DNA of 27,747 nucleotides, taken from the IMG/VR virus record IMGVR_UViG_3300037751_000738, positions 1-27,747 of that record, one strand, 5' to 3'. Of the stretch, positions 8,672 to 17,035 are shown piece after piece. The position numbers and the translations under genes were made by a program. The DNA comes from a virus (taxonomy: Duplodnaviria > Caudoviricetes). The notes beneath the pieces are model-generated. The model did no database searches and was not told where the DNA came from. It saw only the letters and a list, made by a program, of their open reading frames with translations. How positions within the stretch are numbered: position 1 is the first letter of the stretch; the number at the start of each line of letters is the position of its first letter.

Positions 8672-10405
8672 TTAATGACTCGCCATCATGCGTCCGGAGT
8701 CGACATCGATGTCGAACCCGGACGAAGTTTTTATTCCGGTCACTTTTGAGCGACCTTCGTCGTCAATGGTGATTTTAAGCTCACCACCGAAGCGGCTGTT
8801 CATCTCCGCTTTTATCAGTTGGGCCTGATAGGACCCTGCGCCGCCACCCATGACCGTGTGCCGGTCCAGCATTTCGCGAAGCGCTTCGGGGCTGGCACTG
8901 CGCACCTCGCTTTCGGCCAGGGCTTTCCCGGCCTGAATGGAGAGGGCGGCGACGGCCCCGGCGCCGACGGCAGGGAGCATCGCCAGCCCGCCGGCTGCGG
9001 CCAGACCGCCGCCCGCCGATCCGGCGGCCGTTCCCGCGCCGACCTTCCCCGCTCCGGACCAGATCGAGCTCGGGCCGTTGACGACGTAGACGGGGATCGC
9101 TCCGCCTGCGCCCATGGCTCCGGCGGCACCGGCGAGGCCGCCGCCCTTGCCGCGCAACAGACGGCTGCCGAGTTTGAAAACGCCGAGCTTGTTGGCCACC
9201 ACCAGCCCGCCGCCGACAAGGGCGATGTTCTTGCCCATCTGCAGCCAGTTCTCAACCGTCCCCGGTTTGAGCCCATCGAGATATTCGGTGAGCTTCTTGA
9301 TCGGCTCGGTGAGCTGTTTGTCGGCGAATTGTTTCCAGACGGTGAGGAGGTTGGTCAAGGCGGAGTTGAACCCCTTGGCGGCGCGGATCGAGTCTTTGGT
9401 CAGCGTTGTCCCGTCGGCTTGCACGTCAAGAAACCGCTGCAGGCTCTCGACTTTGCCGGTGCGCTGAAATTCGCTGATGGCCGAGTTAAAGGCGCGCATC
9501 GCCTCGGCGTCGAAAATTTTGGAGAGGGCCATTTTGCTGCCGCCCGACTTCTTGACAATCTCCTCCATGATCTCGGGCAGCGAGCGCATGACGGTGGTCG
9601 ATCCCGGCTCGAAGATCTGGATGCCGCCTTTTTGCAGGAGCTTGACCTTGTCGGCATCGCCGAGGGTGCTCAGCAGCGCCTCGAAGGCGGTGGCGGCCTG
9701 CTCGCTCGACCCGGTGCCCTGGCGGATGACCTGGAGCGCGGCGCCCATTTCTCGAAGGGCCCCAACGCCGGTTCGCCCCATGGAGGTGTAGGCGGTGACG
9801 ACGCGGGGGCCGAGCGCGGCGAGGTTTTCGAGGGTGAAGGCGCCTTCCTTGCCCTGGACCGTGAGGATGTCGAGCGCTTCGAAAGCTTCCTTTGCCCCCA
9901 TCCCCATTTTCTGAAACTCGGCGAGAATGCCGCCGATGGCGGCGCCGTCGGCGCCGGTGGCCTGCAGAGCCAGGCCGATGTTGCGGATGTTGTTTTTGGC
10001 GAAGTCGAGGTCGCCGGTTTTTTCGACGATCTCTTCGATGGCGGCCGTGATCTGCCCTGGGTCGATGCGGATCTCCGGCGCCTTGGCGGCGTCGTAGATC
10101 TGCTTTTTGAGGGCGTCGATTTCTTCGGCGCCCTTGTTTGCCTGGATGCCGAGGCGGATGAAACGCTCCTCGAGATCGCCGACCATCTTCACCGCGCCAA
10201 GTCCGGCCGCACCGGTGAAGAGGGCCGTGTATCGATTGCCGAGGCGGTCGAGCCCGCGAGACACTGCGCCCATGCCACGGCCGAGCAGCTGCATGCTCGC
10301 CGACCCCTGCCGCCCGAGGGTCTGCAGGCTGCCGGAGAACTGGCGCGACCGGCTCTGCAGGTTGCCGGAGAGGTCGAGGATGATGGAGGTTTTCAGGTCG
10401 CCCAT
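8672..10405 (-). CDS. Tail tape measure protein
   Basis: 577 aa, Ala/Gly-rich and helical; LDLSGNL start; GAIPVYVVN motif; lies between the chaperone and gpN. Confidence 0.87.
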   Translation of the reverse strand: MGDLKTSIILDLSGNLQSRSRQFSGSLQTLGRQGSASMQLLGRGMGAVSRGLDRLGNRYTALFTGAAGLGAVKMVGDLEERFIRLGIQANKGAEEIDALKKQIYDAAKAPEIRIDPGQITAAIEEIVEKTGDLDFAKNNIRNIGLALQATGADGAAIGGILAEFQKMGMGAKEAFEALDILTVQGKEGAFTLENLAALGPRVVTAYTSMGRTGVGALREMGAALQVIRQGTGSSEQAATAFEALLSTLGDADKVKLLQKGGIQIFEPGSTTVMRSLPEIMEEIVKKSGGSKMALSKIFDAEAMRAFNSAISEFQRTGKVESLQRFLDVQADGTTLTKDSIRAAKGFNSALTNLLTVWKQFADKQLTEPIKKLTEYLDGLKPGTVENWLQMGKNIALVGGGLVVANKLGVFKLGSRLLRGKGGGLAGAAGAMGAGGAIPVYVVNGPSSIWSGAGKVGAGTAAGSAGGGLAAAGGLAMLPAVGAGAVAALSIQAGKALAESEVRSASPEALREMLDRHTVMGGGAGSYQAQLIKAEMNSRFGGELKITIDDEGRSKVTGIKTSSGFDIDVDSGRMMASH

Positions 10406-10558
10406 TTAACTCTCTTTTTGGCAAAAGGCTTTCATCGTCGGGACGAAGGTGCTCAGGGTCAGACCGAGCAGCTCGGTGCGGGTAAAGCCGGTGCGGGCGC
10501 CCAGGAGGAGCAGGCCGGGGGCGACCAGGTCGCGGGCTGCCCGCTTAATCTCGCCCCC
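10406..10558 (-). CDS. Frameshift-accessed C-terminal extension of the tail assembly chaperone (G-T type product)
   Basis: The -2 frame from GGGGGCGA reads GEIKRAARDLVAPGLLLLGARTGFTRTELLGLTLSTFVPTMKAFCQKES* and stops immediately before the tape-measure ATG. Confidence 0.75.
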   Translation of the reverse strand, partial: GGEIKRAARDLVAPGLLLLGARTGFTRTELLGLTLSTFVPTMKAFCQKES

Positions 10559-10889
10559 GCTCGGCGAACTCCCGCAGCGAGGCGTTTTCGAGGGTCATGG
10601 CTTTTTCTTGCAGCAGCGAGAGGTCGGTGGCGGTGAGCTTTTTGAGCTCGGCCATGAGCAGCGGCCCCTTATACTCGCCGATCCGGACGATCTGGCGGCG
10701 CAGCGTGTTGAGGCCGACGAGGGTCGGCGAGGTGACGAGCTGATAGCCTTCGGGCGTGGGGACGAGCTTTTCGCTCTCGTCCGTGGCGTCGATGAGATCG
10801 CCGCCGGTGGCCTCGCGGATTTCGGCCAGGGTGTGATAGGTCTCGCCGATCTGCAGTCCGGGGTTGAGGGTAACGGTTGTCGTTGCCAT
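10545..10889 (-). CDS. Tail assembly chaperone, Mu gp41 family
   Basis: 114 aa; IREATGGDLIDA, LRRQIVRIG, LKKLTATDL; ends RGRD; AGGAG RBS. Confidence 0.87.
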   Translation of the reverse strand: MATTTVTLNPGLQIGETYHTLAEIREATGGDLIDATDESEKLVPTPEGYQLVTSPTLVGLNTLRRQIVRIGEYKGPLLMAELKKLTATDLSLLQEKAMTLENASLREFAERGRD

Positions 10890-10906
10890 GCGTGTCTCCT
10901 GAAGGT

Positions 10907-10929
10907 GGGGCGGGCCAGCGGCCCGCCCC
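10907..10929. other. GC-rich hairpin between the tube and chaperone genes
   Basis: GGGGCGGGCC-AGC-GGCCCGCCCC perfect 10-bp stem with no clear U tract. Confidence 0.55.
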
Positions 10930-10938
10930 GACTGCGGT

Positions 10939-11301
10939 TTAAATCATCTCTTCGGCGGGCGGGCCTTCGAAGGTCAGGGGCACCTTGCCGCCGTCGCTGG
11001 CGGTCATCGACGGGGTATTGGTCAGCCAGGCGCCCTGGACGACGTAGAGCTGGCCGGTGTCGCACTCGAAGGAAATGGTGACGTTGTCCCAGTCGCGCAT
11101 GGAGGCGAGGCGGGTCTCCTTGCCGACGGAGATTTCGCATTCGACGGCGCTCGGTTTGGGGGTGGAGAAATACCCCTGAACCGAGTTGGCCCCAACGACG
11201 GTGGTGCGCTCGTCGCCGCCGATGTCGAGTTTGGCCCCGGGCAGGGTTTCGAGGATCTGCCCGTCGGCCTTGATGATCGCTTTGCCAAGTTTCTTGGCCA
11301 T
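10939..11301 (-). CDS. Tail tube protein, Mu gpM family
   Basis: 120 aa after the sheath; AKLDIGGDERTTVVG, TISFECDTG; GGAGG RBS. Confidence 0.87.
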   Translation of the reverse strand: MAKKLGKAIIKADGQILETLPGAKLDIGGDERTTVVGANSVQGYFSTPKPSAVECEISVGKETRLASMRDWDNVTISFECDTGQLYVVQGAWLTNTPSMTASDGGKVPLTFEGPPAEEMI

Positions 11302-11329
11302 GATTAAACCTCCATAAAAGGGGCGTTAC

Positions 11330-12799
11330 TTAGAGAATGAACTGCACCTGGGCGGCGAAAATCCGCAGCTGATTGACCAGGTCGGGGGGCACGAGGATGT
11401 TGACCCGGTTGCGGTCGACGGCGTCGCGCTCGACGGTCAGCTCGGCCTTGTACTGGTCGAGATTTTCGACGAGGCCTGCCTGCGCCCACTCCTTGGCCAG
11501 GGCGACGAGCTCGGCGCGGAGGGTCTTCGGGGTGACGATCGCCTGCCCGGGGCCGTAGCTGGTGCCGTCGTCGGCCAGCTTGTGCCGGGGGAACTTGGTG
11601 GTGATCCGCGCCCGCAGGGAGTAACGCAGGTAGCTGAGGGTCGCCGGGGTGGTGACGTCGAGGTAGGCCGTATCGGCGACGCCGAAGGCGTTGGTCTGGT
11701 AGCTGGTGATCGCCCGCTCGATGCGCATCACCCCGCCGTTGTCGACGGAATAGGTGGCGACACCGTCATAGAGCAGCAGGTTGCGTTCCTCCTGGGTCCA
11801 GCGGGCATCGACGGCCGGGGGGAGGGCGCCGATCAAGGGGAGGGTCTGCAGCGGCCGCGCCGGGTCGATGGCGAGGGCGGCCGCTGCCTGTCCCGCGTAG
11901 ATGGCGGCCAGCAGGTAGGGCGGCGTCGGAGCGATGCCCGTCCCCAGGTGGCTGACGTGGGGGGAGTTGCGGGTGCCGCCGAACGTGCTGGTCGCGCCGT
12001 GGGTGCCGCGAAAGGCGGCGTAGGCGATGCCGTCGATCTGGCGAACTCCGCCGAACCGGTCGGCGAGCTCGGCCTCGAGGAGGGTGAGGTTGGCCGCGTC
12101 GGTGTAGGGCATGACGATCGTCTGATACCAGTCGTCGCCGAGGGCGGCGATGGCGTCGGTCAGGTCGGGGTTGGCGGTCCCGCCGGCCAGGGCGACAACG
12201 GCGGCGGTGAGCCCGGCGGGGAGCGTCTCGCCCTGATAGTAGTTGACGCGAACATCGATGCCGTTGCCGGCTTCGCCTTTGTTGCGGGCGGTGAGGTCGA
12301 CTTGCTCGGGGGTGACGCCATTGACGGCGGCGGTCACCGGCAGCGAGGTGTCGGCGTTGATCGCGGCGGCCAGGGCGGTGGCCAGGCTGCCGGGAGTGGC
12401 ACCGACGGCGACGGCGATCCGCACCCGGGTGCCGCCGATGTAGAGGTTGAGAGTGCCGGCCACGGTCGGCAGTCCGCCCAGCAGAATGGAACCGGCAGCG
12501 GCGACGGCGGCGACGTCATCGGAGAGCGGCAAGGCCCAGCTCTCGGTGTAGCGATTGTTGGCCTTGAGGGCTTTGACCATGGCGGCGAGCATCGATCCGC
12601 GCCCGAAGAGGGCCTCGGCCTGGTCAGCGCTGGTCACCTGGACCGGGACGAGGGGAGCGGCGCTGCCTGCGGCGAGCGTCTGCCCGAGGACGAGGATGCG
12701 GGAGGGAACGGCCGGGGAACCGACGACGGCGCGGGTCGAGTTGAACTCGACGTAGGCCAGCGGTACCCGCACGGTGCTGGGGATGGTATCGAAATCCAT
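11330..12799 (-). CDS. Tail sheath protein, Mu gpL family
   Basis: FDTIPSTVRVPLAYVEF, FGRGSML, DPARPLQTL, ERNLLLYDG, FPRHKLADDG, PDLVNQLRIFA. Confidence 0.95.
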   Translation of the reverse strand: MDFDTIPSTVRVPLAYVEFNSTRAVVGSPAVPSRILVLGQTLAAGSAAPLVPVQVTSADQAEALFGRGSMLAAMVKALKANNRYTESWALPLSDDVAAVAAAGSILLGGLPTVAGTLNLYIGGTRVRIAVAVGATPGSLATALAAAINADTSLPVTAAVNGVTPEQVDLTARNKGEAGNGIDVRVNYYQGETLPAGLTAAVVALAGGTANPDLTDAIAALGDDWYQTIVMPYTDAANLTLLEAELADRFGGVRQIDGIAYAAFRGTHGATSTFGGTRNSPHVSHLGTGIAPTPPYLLAAIYAGQAAAALAIDPARPLQTLPLIGALPPAVDARWTQEERNLLLYDGVATYSVDNGGVMRIERAITSYQTNAFGVADTAYLDVTTPATLSYLRYSLRARITTKFPRHKLADDGTSYGPGQAIVTPKTLRAELVALAKEWAQAGLVENLDQYKAELTVERDAVDRNRVNILVPPDLVNQLRIFAAQVQFIL

Positions 12800-12802
12800 G
12801 GT

Positions 12803-12982
12803 TTACTTGCCTCCCTTGGTTTTGGGCGCGGACGCCAGGACGACGTCGCCTTCTTTAAGGCGTCGCGTCCAGTAGGGGGTGAGAGTGACGACCTTCCCTT
12901 CGGGTGGAAGCACCTGACCTTTGTTGGCGGCGTCGCGGATCGTCAGGCCGGGCGCGGGTTTGAGAAACAATTCTTTTTGCAT
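12803..12982 (-). CDS. Mu gp38-like small protein (DUF2635)
   Basis: MQKELFLKPAPGLTIRD...LPPEG...YWTRRLKEGDV; AAGGAG RBS. Confidence 0.85.
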   Translation of the reverse strand: MQKELFLKPAPGLTIRDAANKGQVLPPEGKVVTLTPYWTRRLKEGDVVLASAPKTKGGK

Positions 12983-13007
12983 GGGTCGGATCTCCTTTGG
13001 CTGCTGT

Positions 13008-13553
13008 TTATTGCGGCAGAGCGATGTTGTCGGTGGCGTCGGCAACGCCGTCAGTCGGGGCCAGATCGTAATCGACGTGGGCGGTGAGGAAGTCGTCGAG
13101 GGTGGCGAGGTCGACGGCGCCGAGGGTCACTTCGTGGCGCCAGGTGAGGGCCCAGAGGGCAATGCCGTTGCGGTCGATCTCGCGGGAAAAGAGGTTGTCG
13201 GCCCGGACGGATCGGGCGCCGTCGACGGAGGCCAGATCCCAGTCCTCGGCGGCGATCAGCACCGCCAGCGAGCCGACCAGGGCGAGGGCGACGGCGTCGC
13301 GGGCCTGGCCGCCGGGGAGATCGCCTGCGACGACATAGGCGGCCCAGGTGGTGACGGCCTCGACTCCGGCGGAGACGGGGCGGATCTCGGAGATGCCGAG
13401 GCAGGCGACACGCACCGAGGGGGATCGGGCGGCCAGGGCCTTGAGCTCGGCCAGCGAAAAACGGCCGCCGTGCGGTTTGACTTCCTTGACGGACGCCCCG
13501 AGGGCGGCGCCGATCTGCGTGGTGATCGCCGTGCGCAGCGTGGTCAGGATCAT
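13008..13553 (-). CDS. Mu gp37-like tail completion/terminator protein (DUF1834-like)
   Basis: HGGRFSLAEL, ADNLFS, GIALWALTW, LDDFLT; position before gp38 and the sheath. Confidence 0.75.
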   Translation of the reverse strand: MILTTLRTAITTQIGAALGASVKEVKPHGGRFSLAELKALAARSPSVRVACLGISEIRPVSAGVEAVTTWAAYVVAGDLPGGQARDAVALALVGSLAVLIAAEDWDLASVDGARSVRADNLFSREIDRNGIALWALTWRHEVTLGAVDLATLDDFLTAHVDYDLAPTDGVADATDNIALPQ

Positions 13554-13993
13554 CGCAGCACCTCGGCGAGAAAGTCGTCCACCACCTGCTCGAGCTCGTC
13601 CTCGTCGTCGGTTGAGAGTCCGAGATAGGGGCGGGCGGGGATGTTGCGGCGTTCGTCTCCGGCCTGGTGGGTGGCGGCATAGACGAGGTTGCTGCCGATC
13701 TCGACGGCGCCGCCGGAGGAAGCGACTGTGTAGTCGATGGAGTCGAGGAGGTCGCGCTCCCCTTCGAGGAGGCTGTGGTTGCCGTGGCGGCTTAGGGCGT
13801 AGCGCTCGGACCAGTTCGGCCAGGCGACGCCGTCGGGGCCGGTCTTCTCGTCGTAGATACGGCGGCGGGTCTGGTTCTCTACGGCGAAGCCGACGGCATC
13901 GAGGAGCGCCCGGCGGTCAAGGGCGGCGATCTCGTCTATGCGTTTTTCGAGGCGCCCGATGGCGCGCAGGTCGAACTGCAGGGCGACGCTCAT
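13550..13993 (-). CDS. Virion morphogenesis protein (Mu gpG / P2 S family)
   Basis: Start MSVALQ overlaps the gp36 stop; GPDGVAW, GSNLVYAATHQAG, IPARPYLGLS. Confidence 0.88.
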   Translation of the reverse strand: MSVALQFDLRAIGRLEKRIDEIAALDRRALLDAVGFAVENQTRRRIYDEKTGPDGVAWPNWSERYALSRHGNHSLLEGERDLLDSIDYTVASSGGAVEIGSNLVYAATHQAGDERRNIPARPYLGLSTDDEDELEQVVDDFLAEVLR

Positions 13994-14409
13994 CGCAGAC
14001 CCTTCAGGGTGTCGCGGGTAAAGAGGCGCTCGCCGCCAGAGAAGCTGGCGCCGCTGCCCCCCTGGGGAGCGGAGGGGTCGGAGGCGAAGAGCTGGATCTT
14101 CCCTTCGGCGACCTTGATCAAAAAGGCGATGGCATCCTTGTAGCGGGTGCGTTTTTCTTCGGTGACGAGGCTGCCGACGCTCCCCTTGTAGAGGGCGATG
14201 TCGACGGCCATGAAGGTGAGGATCTTGGGGGTGACGGCCAGGGGGAGGGTGTAGCGCCCGGCGAGATAGCCGTCGATTTCCTCGGAGGCATCGGAGAGCG
14301 CCTTGTCGGCGACGCCGACGTCGGCGGTGCCGCTGCCGTCGCGGTCGAAGGCGAGGAGGAACTCGTCCGAGCTGTAGCGGTCGATGATGTCCTGGCTGAT
14401 GGCGTACAT
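13990..14409 (-). CDS. Head-tail connector, Mu gp36 (DUF1320)
   Basis: MYA start; ALSDASEEIDGYLAGRYTLPL, DIALY, RYKDAIAFL..VAEGK. Confidence 0.9.
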   Translation of the reverse strand: MYAISQDIIDRYSSDEFLLAFDRDGSGTADVGVADKALSDASEEIDGYLAGRYTLPLAVTPKILTFMAVDIALYKGSVGSLVTEEKRTRYKDAIAFLIKVAEGKIQLFASDPSAPQGGSGASFSGGERLFTRDTLKGLR

Positions 14410-14453
14410 GGAACACCCCCGGTGCAAGTCAAAAAAGCCGGTGAACTCGGCGA

Positions 14454-14511
14454 GCAACGGGGCCAGAATACCGGAGGGCGCGGGGATTTGTCAGATGAAG
14501 CAGCTCACAAT
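14454..14511 (-). promoter_or_regulatory. Mor/C-type activator-dependent late promoter (copy 1), upstream of the neck/tail genes
   Basis: Imperfect dyad TGAGCTGCTTCA (14496-14507) centred near -43.5 relative to -10 TATTCT (14465-14470); same spacing as copy 2. Confidence 0.65.
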
Positions 14512-14549
14512 AAAAAAAGCCCTAACCGCATAAACGGCAAGGGCTTTTT
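14512..14549 (-). terminator. Intrinsic terminator, possibly bidirectional (copy 1)
   Basis: AAAAAGCCCTTGCCGT-TTAT-GCGGTTAGGGCTTTTTTT. Confidence 0.75.
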
Positions 14550-14595
14550 CTCTTTTATGAAATCCTTTACTCAATAGCAAAGGGGGGCGCGATTG

Positions 14596-14943
14596 TCAAT
14601 CCTTTTGCTCGCTGGCCGCCGCCTGCCCGAGCTCTTCGGAGCGACGGGTCAGGGCTTCGAGAACGGTCTTGCGCTCTTCGCCGTCGAAAAACGCCGCGAG
14701 CTCGCTGAGGTTTTTGACCGCCTCGATGAGCTTGATCGTCTCGGTGGCGTTGGGGCGTTTTGTTTTCGGCTCTTCGTCTTCGGCCTCGAGCACTTCGACC
14801 GTCAGGCGGGTCTCGGCTTCGAGCGCTTTGAGCTGCGCCCGGGTGAAGGTCTCCAGGGGGTAATCGGTGGGCGTTTTGCTGTGCGGCACCCCGGCGCGGC
14901 GAAAGCCTTCGACCCTGGAGGTGATGCGGACAATTTTACTCAT
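14596..14943 (-). CDS. HI1506-like protein (Mu gp35 position)
   Basis: VRITSRVEGFRRAGVPHS...FTRAQLKALEAETRLTVE; follows the capsid gene. Confidence 0.8.
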   Translation of the reverse strand: MSKIVRITSRVEGFRRAGVPHSKTPTDYPLETFTRAQLKALEAETRLTVEVLEAEDEEPKTKRPNATETIKLIEAVKNLSELAAFFDGEERKTVLEALTRRSEELGQAAASEQKD

Positions 14944-14958
14944 GGTCTCTCCCGTGTC

Positions 14959-14990
14959 AAAAGTTCCCCCCGCCGGTCAGGGCGGGGGGA
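14959..14990 (-). terminator. Hairpin / weak terminator after the major capsid gene
   Basis: TCCCCCCGCC-CTGACC-GGCGGGGGGA followed by ACTTTT. Confidence 0.55.
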
Positions 14991-14995
14991 GAGGT

Positions 14996-16057
14996 TTACG
15001 CGCCGAGGCCGGTGGAGCCGAAGGCGGTTTGCCAGAAGCCGTAACCGGCGGCGCCGCGGGCTTCAACGCCGAAGTTGAACTCGCCGCGCATGAAGACGCC
15101 GTCGGCGTTCATGTCGGTCTGAGAAACGAAGACCGGCGCCTTGCGCTCCTGGAAGATGAAGGGGCGCACCGGCTTGGTGGTGTCGAGGAGGAACCAGGCG
15201 GTGTCCGAGGTGAGGCGACCGTCGACCTCCAGTTCGGCGGTCCCCTTGTAGGGGTTGGGCTTGCCGTCCTCGAGCTTGTCGTTGGTCAGCAGCGCCCGGC
15301 CGACGTTTTCGAGGGCCGGGGGAACGAGCAGGACGTTGGGGACGATGTTGAGGGGGCGCCCCTCGCCGTCCTTGAACTTGCGCATGGCGGTACGCGCCGC
15401 GCCGTAGCTGGCGTCGGCCAGCGCCTGGGTGGCGATGGAGAGGGGGGCCACCCCGAGGTTGCTGACGCTGACCGGATCGCCGGTGGCCGGGTTGATGACC
15501 GGGTGGTCGGTGTCGAAGAAGAACTGGCCGTCGAAGCACTCGGTGGCAAAGGCGCCGTTGACCTTGTCGAGCACCATCTCGTCGGGCCACTGCTTGGCGC
15601 TGAAGCCGGCGTTCTGCGCCTGGGGCGCGTAGATCCCGAGGTTGTCGTCCTCGATGTGGTTGCGCTTGACGCCGACGGTGGCCTCGAAGTCCTCATTGAT
15701 CAGGACGTACTTGCCCGCCTTGATGTTGCGCACCTCTTTATCCCCGAGCCAGCGGCGCATTTTCGGGAAATTCTCGAGCCAGGCGTAATCGTTCTGGGTG
15801 CTGGTCGAGGGGACCTTCATGGCGATTTTTTCCCAGACGCCCGGGGCGGCCTCGAAAGCCTTGTTGAAGGTGGTCTTGAGGTTGATGAAAATGTTGGTGA
15901 GGGTTCCGGCGTTGATGAGGATCGCCATGGAGGCGCCGCCGCCGCCGAGGAGGGCGTGCCAGGTGAAGGGGGCGGCCTGCGCCGGATCGGCGAAGGCGAC
16001 GGCGGTGATCGCCAGGGCCAGCATCAGCAGGCCGAAGAACAGAAGGGACTTTTTCAT
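14996..16057 (-). CDS. Major capsid protein, Mu gpT family, with a 43-aa hydrophobic N-terminal extension
   Basis: YAWLENFP, NEDFEATVGVKRNHIEDDNLGIYAP, CFDGQFFFDTDHP, WFLLDTTKPVRPFIFQERK, AGYGFWQ; AAAGGAG upstream of 16057; alternative start 15928 lacks an SD. Confidence 0.93.
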   Translation of the reverse strand: MKKSLLFFGLLMLALAITAVAFADPAQAAPFTWHALLGGGGASMAILINAGTLTNIFINLKTTFNKAFEAAPGVWEKIAMKVPSTSTQNDYAWLENFPKMRRWLGDKEVRNIKAGKYVLINEDFEATVGVKRNHIEDDNLGIYAPQAQNAGFSAKQWPDEMVLDKVNGAFATECFDGQFFFDTDHPVINPATGDPVSVSNLGVAPLSIATQALADASYGAARTAMRKFKDGEGRPLNIVPNVLLVPPALENVGRALLTNDKLEDGKPNPYKGTAELEVDGRLTSDTAWFLLDTTKPVRPFIFQERKAPVFVSQTDMNADGVFMRGEFNFGVEARGAAGYGFWQTAFGSTGLGA

Positions 16058-16093
16058 GACGGGTTATGCTCCTTTAAAAGGGGTTGAAATACC

Positions 16094-16504
16094 TCAGCCG
16101 ATAAAGACCAGAACGCCGTCGCTGGCGACGTCGAGCACGATCCCGGCGACCGACTGGGTGTTGCCTCCGGCGTTGGTGCCGCTGACGGTCTCGTCGTCGG
16201 TGATGTAACAGACCTTGCCGAGGCTGGCCTGGGTGACGGCGTCGCCGGCGGCGTTCTTGAAGCGGAAGGCTTCTCCGCGCCGGACGTTGATGCTCTTGGC
16301 GCCGTCGGCACCGCTGGTGTTGTCGACGGCCTCTTCGGCGCGGCCGAGGGCGGTGAGGGTGGTGGCGGTGCTGCCGGGGGCGGCGTAGCCGGTGGCGTTG
16401 GCGACGACCAGGGCGCCGGCATAGATCACCGCGGCGGCGGCGACGGGGACGACGATGAGCTTGCCGTCTTTTCTCGGGGTGTTGCGGTCAGCGATCAGGG
16501 CCAT
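16094..16504 (-). CDS. Probable capsid decoration/cement protein
   Basis: 136 aa between protease and capsid; ADRNTP, IYAGALV, VDNTSGADG, CYITDDETV; AGGAGG RBS. Confidence 0.65.
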   Translation of the reverse strand: MALIADRNTPRKDGKLIVVPVAAAAVIYAGALVVANATGYAAPGSTATTLTALGRAEEAVDNTSGADGAKSINVRRGEAFRFKNAAGDAVTQASLGKVCYITDDETVSGTNAGGNTQSVAGIVLDVASDGVLVFIG

Positions 16505-16540
16505 GGGGTGTTACCTCCTAACAGGGGTGGGGGCGGGGCT

Positions 16541-17035
16541 TCAGGCCGCGCCGTATTTTTTCAGGTCGTCGGCGCTGTTGCCGAACATCTCGGCAATTTT
16601 CTTCTCTTCGGCGTTGAGGGCGGTCTCTCCTGCGGCGGGGCTCTTGCCGTCGAGGTCGGAGCCCTTGCCGACGACGGGGGCCGCTTCGACGAATTTCCTG
16701 AAGGCGTCGAGCCCGCCGTCCTGGCGGCACATGCCGACATAGTAGTCCTTGGTGCCCGGCGTGACCTTGCCGGCGACGACGGCGGCGTCGACGGTGGCGT
16801 TGATCGCCAGTTCGAGATCGGCCTTTTTCACTTCGGCCAGGGCCGTCTCGGAGGTGGCGGCGCGGTTGAGGGCGGCGTCGTAGTCGGCCCGGGGGACGAA
16901 CCGGTCGAGGCTCGGGGTGTCGGCGCGGTTGAGGGCGGTGGAGAGATCGCCCTGCAGTTGGACGATGGCGTTGAGGGCGGTTGCCTCGTCGGCGGTCTCG
17001 GGGAGTCCGAGTTTAGCCAGCAGTTTCTTGAGCAT
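16541..17035 (-). CDS. Scaffolding protein (Mu gpZ-like) from an in-frame internal start in the protease gene
   Basis: GAGGAGG-8nt-ATG before MLKKLLAKLGLP (residue 189), at the protease/coiled-coil boundary as in Mu I/Z. Confidence 0.7.
   Translation of the reverse strand: MLKKLLAKLGLPETADEATALNAIVQLQGDLSTALNRADTPSLDRFVPRADYDAALNRAATSETALAEVKKADLELAINATVDAAVVAGKVTPGTKDYYVGMCRQDGGLDAFRKFVEAAPVVGKGSDLDGKSPAAGETALNAEEKKIAEMFGNSADDLKKYGAA

Larger units (their letters stand above)
14454..14599 (-). repeat. Regulatory module copy 1 (direct repeat of 24668-24806)
   Basis: Shared blocks GTCAGATGAAGCAGCTCACAATAAAAAAAGCCCTAACCG, AACGGCAAGGGCTTTT, TGAAATCCTTTACT-n-AATAGCA and TTGTCAA (+ strand). Confidence 0.9.

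Noticed and set aside
14431-14451. GCCG-N7-CGGC-TTTTTT mini-terminator downstream of late promoter copy 1
   Set aside because: Only a 4-bp stem and absent from copy 2; too weak to call
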